From IMG/VR virus record IMGVR_UViG_3300005719_000012, positions 3,695 to 67,694 of that record: a stretch of DNA of 64,000 nucleotides, one strand, 5' to 3'. A model generated the notes under the pieces. That model saw nothing but the letters and a program-made list of their open reading frames with translations, was not told the DNA's origin and ran no database searches. The first letter of the stretch is position 1, and the number at the start of each line of letters is the position of its first letter. Below are positions 60,977 to 64,000 of the stretch, in pieces. This stretch comes from a virus (lineage: Duplodnaviria > Caudoviricetes). A program made the position numbers and the translations under genes.

Positions 60977-61255
60977 ATGGGGCGCGAGTTGGTAAGCTCG
61001 TCGCCGGCGGGTCGGCGCTCTATCTCAGCGTCTCCTGTGCCCTCTCCAGACCGCCTCGGGCGCTCCAACTACCCTCTCCGCGGGCTCGCCCCCGGGTCCC
61101 CGCGTCGGCAGTCCTGGCAGGCCGCGGCTGACTCGCTCGGCATGCCGCTGTCCGACTTCATTCGCTGGACGTGCGACCTGCATGCGCGAATCCAGCGCGG
61201 GGAGATCTCTCCTACAGAAGGCGTCGAAATCATACTAAGCACCCAAAAGTCGTAA
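60977..61255 (+). CDS. RHH-like regulator
   Basis: RRQSWQAAADSLGMPLSDFIRWTC. Confidence 0.6.
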   Translation: MGRELVSSSPAGRRSISASPVPSPDRLGRSNYPLRGLAPGSPRRQSWQAAADSLGMPLSDFIRWTCDLHARIQRGEISPTEGVEIILSTQKS

Positions 61256-61264
61256 GAGGACAAA

Positions 61265-61432
61265 ATGGACAAAACAACAGAGCTTAAGAAAAAGATCTCA
61301 GACCTCGAAGAATTGCTCGCCAATGCGGAAGATAGTGGATGGTGTCTTGGAGATCCCTACGAAGCGTTAGATAGTCTAAAGCATCAACTGGACCAAGAAA
61401 CCGCACAGCGCGAGAAAGCATGCGATGAGTAA
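61265..61432 (+). CDS. 55-aa hypothetical protein (MDKTTELKKKISDLEELL...)
   Basis: SD gagga; fills the gap. Confidence 0.5.
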   Translation: MDKTTELKKKISDLEELLANAEDSGWCLGDPYEALDSLKHQLDQETAQREKACDE

Positions 61433-61775
61433 CGAAAAGCGCAAAGTGTGCAATCTAGCCGATCTCGATTTTCCTGAACCTATTGTGGCAAAGATCAAAC
61501 GCCTCGGCGGCAAAATCGCGGATTTATCGTCTCTACTCGCGGACTACGAAGATCTCAAGTCAACGTATATGACGCAGCTCGCGGACCTTACCGGCGACAT
61601 TGATTACAACATTCGCGGAGATGGCTGGACATACGAGGAGGTATCCGGCCGCACACACCTTTCTGAAGAAAAACTTCTTGAATTTCTCCCAATATCAAAA
61701 ATCGCAAAGTGCAAGATCCGTGGAAAGTCGTATCGGCAAATTCGCCGTGATCGCGAGAAAAAGGAGAAAGCATGA
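61425..61775 (+). CDS. Hypothetical protein
   Basis: 116 aa; overlapping operon arrangement. Confidence 0.55.
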   Translation: MSNEKRKVCNLADLDFPEPIVAKIKRLGGKIADLSSLLADYEDLKSTYMTQLADLTGDIDYNIRGDGWTYEEVSGRTHLSEEKLLEFLPISKIAKCKIRGKSYRQIRRDREKKEKA

Positions 61776-62044
61776 GCGAATCGTGCACGGGAGATTGCGG
61801 CATTCCGGAAGTCCCTCTGATCGATCGCACGGACGTAGCGACCCGCAAGATGGTGCGCACCGCAGAGTCGGAATTCAGACTTAGACAGAAAAAAGAGCCT
61901 AAGAGGCTCAAATTTCTCCGTCTCGCAAAAACGCGCAACCCGATTCCGAGCATGCGTCATTGTCTCGTCGCGTGGCGTTATGGTGCGAGTTACACACATG
62001 ACTCTAATAAGTGCCTCTGGTGCGATAAAATCGCGGAGAATTAA
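61772..62044 (+). CDS. Hypothetical protein
   Basis: ATGA overlap; SD aaggag; HC...H...KCLWCD. Confidence 0.55.
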   Translation: MSESCTGDCGIPEVPLIDRTDVATRKMVRTAESEFRLRQKKEPKRLKFLRLAKTRNPIPSMRHCLVAWRYGASYTHDSNKCLWCDKIAEN

Positions 62045-62052
62045 AATCTCGC

Positions 62053-62679
62053 ATGCGCGCAATGCACACATTCGCGGAATCGATTTCGCGACGAAATTTG
62101 AAACGTGACGAAACAGACGAAACGTTCACGCGCCGTCAACTTCTCGCGCTTGATTGCCTAGTAGATCGCAGGCCCGATGAGACGCTTACAGAAGTGGGAA
62201 AACGGGCAGGAATCTCTCGTGTTACATTATACCGTTATCTCAACGATCCCGAGTTCCATCGCGAGTATCGTGCACGTGTCGCGGCAGAGTTAACTAGCCA
62301 GCGATCGCGTATGGCGAATGCACTCATTAAGGGCGGCGTAACCCCAGGACCGGGACAAGCGTCATTACAGAAGATCTACTGGACTATGCTCGGCGAATTA
62401 CGCGACACGTTAGAAGTGACCGGCAAAGACGGTGGGCCGATTGATATCAACGTGCAACCGATTCCGCTCGATAAGTTAAGTCCCGAGGGGTTGACGAAAA
62501 TTCTCGCGATACTTGAAGACGAGTTAGGTGCAGGATTCGCAGGAGAGGGCGCTCGGCTCATTGGTAGTGGCGCGACGGACGCAATTGATGTAGAACCTGC
62601 CGAACCCGAAGAATCGCATTCGACGTTCTGGGGGCTGCAAACTGTGAAAACGCAAATCGACGATAGGAGTCAAAAGTAA
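62053..62679 (+). CDS. terS: Terminase small subunit
   Basis: HTH TLTEVGKRAGISRVTLYRYLNDPEF, and LEVTGKDGGPI..N..LDKLS, typical of TerS. Confidence 0.75.
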   Translation: MRAMHTFAESISRRNLKRDETDETFTRRQLLALDCLVDRRPDETLTEVGKRAGISRVTLYRYLNDPEFHREYRARVAAELTSQRSRMANALIKGGVTPGPGQASLQKIYWTMLGELRDTLEVTGKDGGPIDINVQPIPLDKLSPEGLTKILAILEDELGAGFAGEGARLIGSGATDAIDVEPAEPEESHSTFWGLQTVKTQIDDRSQK

Positions 62680-62680
62680 A

Positions 62681-62926
62681 ATGACAGACACTAGGCAGAG
62701 TTTAAAGGACATCCGTAAAGAATTAACATGGAGATGGTACGTTTCCGTCTTAGCCATGTCCGTCCCTTGTATACTTCTAGGTTGTTGGGTGGTTCATACT
62801 GGCAAAGGTCCGTGGTGGGCTTTTATCTTCTTCGCATTCGATGGCGTATTCTCTGGAGTTTCGGTAGGAAATCTGGTAGAAGCAATACACATATTAAAAA
62901 CGTCTAATGTACCAGACGATCATTAA
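62681..62926 (+). CDS. Two-TM membrane protein
   Basis: WYVSVLAMSVPCILLGCWVV and WWAFIFFAFDGVFSGVSV. Confidence 0.6.
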   Translation: MTDTRQSLKDIRKELTWRWYVSVLAMSVPCILLGCWVVHTGKGPWWAFIFFAFDGVFSGVSVGNLVEAIHILKTSNVPDDH

Positions 62927-62983
62927 GACGGGAACAGGAGCCCGGATGACACTGTACGATATTCTCGGCCTCTGACTACGATC

Positions 62984-63730
62984 ATGCAGCCCACGCGCAA
63001 ACCTCCGGGTTCGACCGTTATTCCCTGGCCGGGCACGAGCACGTCTCCGTCATATGAGTTCAATCGCGCGCTTGTGCCGATCGGTCCCGGTGCGTTATCG
63101 AACGTGTTTGACGTGCTTGTCGAACTGCAACCGAGCAATCGCGAGAGATACGCAAACCCGGAGCGCACATCCTATATTACGATTTACGCTATGCCGATTT
63201 CCGTTGCTCTTACACTTGAGCGCCTGCGCGAGCGAGTCACTTCTACGTCAAAACCAGGACTGGAAGTCTCGCTAGCTTGTTGTGCGGCAAACGGAATCGT
63301 GGCGCTAGAGAAAGATGCTAATCTTCAAGAGCTGTCATTACAGCGACGTCGGATATTTCAGATTGAAAATCCCGACGCTGCTTTTTTGGAAGAGGCGCGT
63401 AACTGGTGTGACAAGTGCGATATACGATTGCCTGAAAGTGATAAGGCTAAGTTGAACGTCTATATGCCGGACTGGCTAAAGATGTCGGTTCATGGCCTTG
63501 CGAAGCAAATAGGAGTAGCAGGGTGGCCGCTGCTTATACTTGCCGTGATGACTACGTTGGTAACTCAGCGCAAAACACTAGACGAGCATCGCGAAATTAT
63601 GAGAAAGTCGCTTAATAAGTTTCACCGGCGGATGGAATTGAGGCGCGAGATAGGAAAAGCGCTCATTCAGTTTATAGACACAGATCCGCCGGAAAGAGAT
63701 GAAAAGAGCGAAGAAGAGAGCGAATCATGA
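62984..63730 (+). CDS. Hypothetical protein with possible tandem RHH-like segments
   Basis: YITIYAMPISVALTLERLRE and KLNVYMPDWLKMSVHGLAKQIG. Confidence 0.5.
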   Translation: MQPTRKPPGSTVIPWPGTSTSPSYEFNRALVPIGPGALSNVFDVLVELQPSNRERYANPERTSYITIYAMPISVALTLERLRERVTSTSKPGLEVSLACCAANGIVALEKDANLQELSLQRRRIFQIENPDAAFLEEARNWCDKCDIRLPESDKAKLNVYMPDWLKMSVHGLAKQIGVAGWPLLILAVMTTLVTQRKTLDEHREIMRKSLNKFHRRMELRREIGKALIQFIDTDPPERDEKSEEESES

Positions 63731-63747
63731 GAATTGCGGTCAAATCC

Positions 63748-63937
63748 TACCTATACGCGCAGGTAGACTTGCCATTCTTACCTACGCGTATAGGTCGTAT
63801 AGGTCTAGGACCCCATATAACTATAAGAGGGATGACCGGCTCATCATCGCCCGCGAAGCGTATAGGTAAGGAGGTGGGATCCACCTACATACCTGCGCGT
63901 GCAGGTAAGAATCAGAAGATACCTATACGTGTAGGTA
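63748..63937. repeat. Array of TACCT-(RY)4-AGGT(A) palindromes
   Basis: Full copies at 63748-65, 63779-96, 63890-907 and 63920-37; half-sites at 63796-805 and 63858-68. Confidence 0.85.
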
Positions 63938-63977
63938 GGAGTATCCAACGTACCTTTGAGGGTAGGATCGAAATCTT

Positions 63978-64000
63978 CCCCCCCCCCCCCCCCCCCCCCC
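63978..64000. repeat. Terminal poly-C run (23 nt), probable library/assembly artefact
   Basis: Homopolymer running to the window end. Confidence 0.6.

Noticed and set aside
63748-63964. Mini CRISPR array
   Set aside because: Units are 18-bp palindromes with variable centres and irregular 12-93 nt gaps, not identical repeats with uniform spacers.
63978-64000. Poly-C tract as a biological terminal structure
   Set aside because: A pure homopolymer at the sequence end is most simply a library or assembly artefact, and it cannot be evaluated without reads.

Overview
Near-complete genome of a tailed dsDNA phage with a long non-contractile tail (tape measure 1744 aa). The window opens inside the terminase large subunit (C-terminal nuclease part only) and ends after terS in a palindrome array and a poly-C run. 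Order: head module (portal, protease/scaffold, decoration, major capsid, adaptor, closure); a methyltransferase plus two glycosyltransferases inserted in the morphogenesis operon; neck; a signal-peptide-bearing collagen fibre with a secreted partner; a circularly permuted tail terminator; tail tube; frameshifted chaperone; tape measure; tail tip and fibres. Next is a minus-strand cassette (26935-28888) of two paralogous double-glycine-leader Cys/Thr-rich peptides that look like lanthipeptide/RiPP precursors, each followed by a Sec-exported Cys-rich protein, with no modifying enzyme in the window. This is the strongest candidate for an undescribed system. The remainder holds small-gene clusters driven by a four-copy tripartite promoter motif, several RHH/HTH regulators, a stand-alone RNAP alpha-CTD-like protein, a membrane/holin-like cluster, and a replication/recombination set (DinG-like helicase, Cas4-like nuclease, Sak4-like ATPase, ERCC4 nuclease, UDG-PolA fusion, Spo11/TopoVIA-like protein). 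A GH108 endolysin, a SLOG protein and a candidate structured ncRNA are also present. No integrase, primase, tRNA or CRISPR array was recognised. Several single-base frameshifts suggest assembly indel noise. All family assignments come from motif recognition by eye, not database searches. The host guess (Acidobacteriota- or Bacteroidota-like, from the leader style) is inference.
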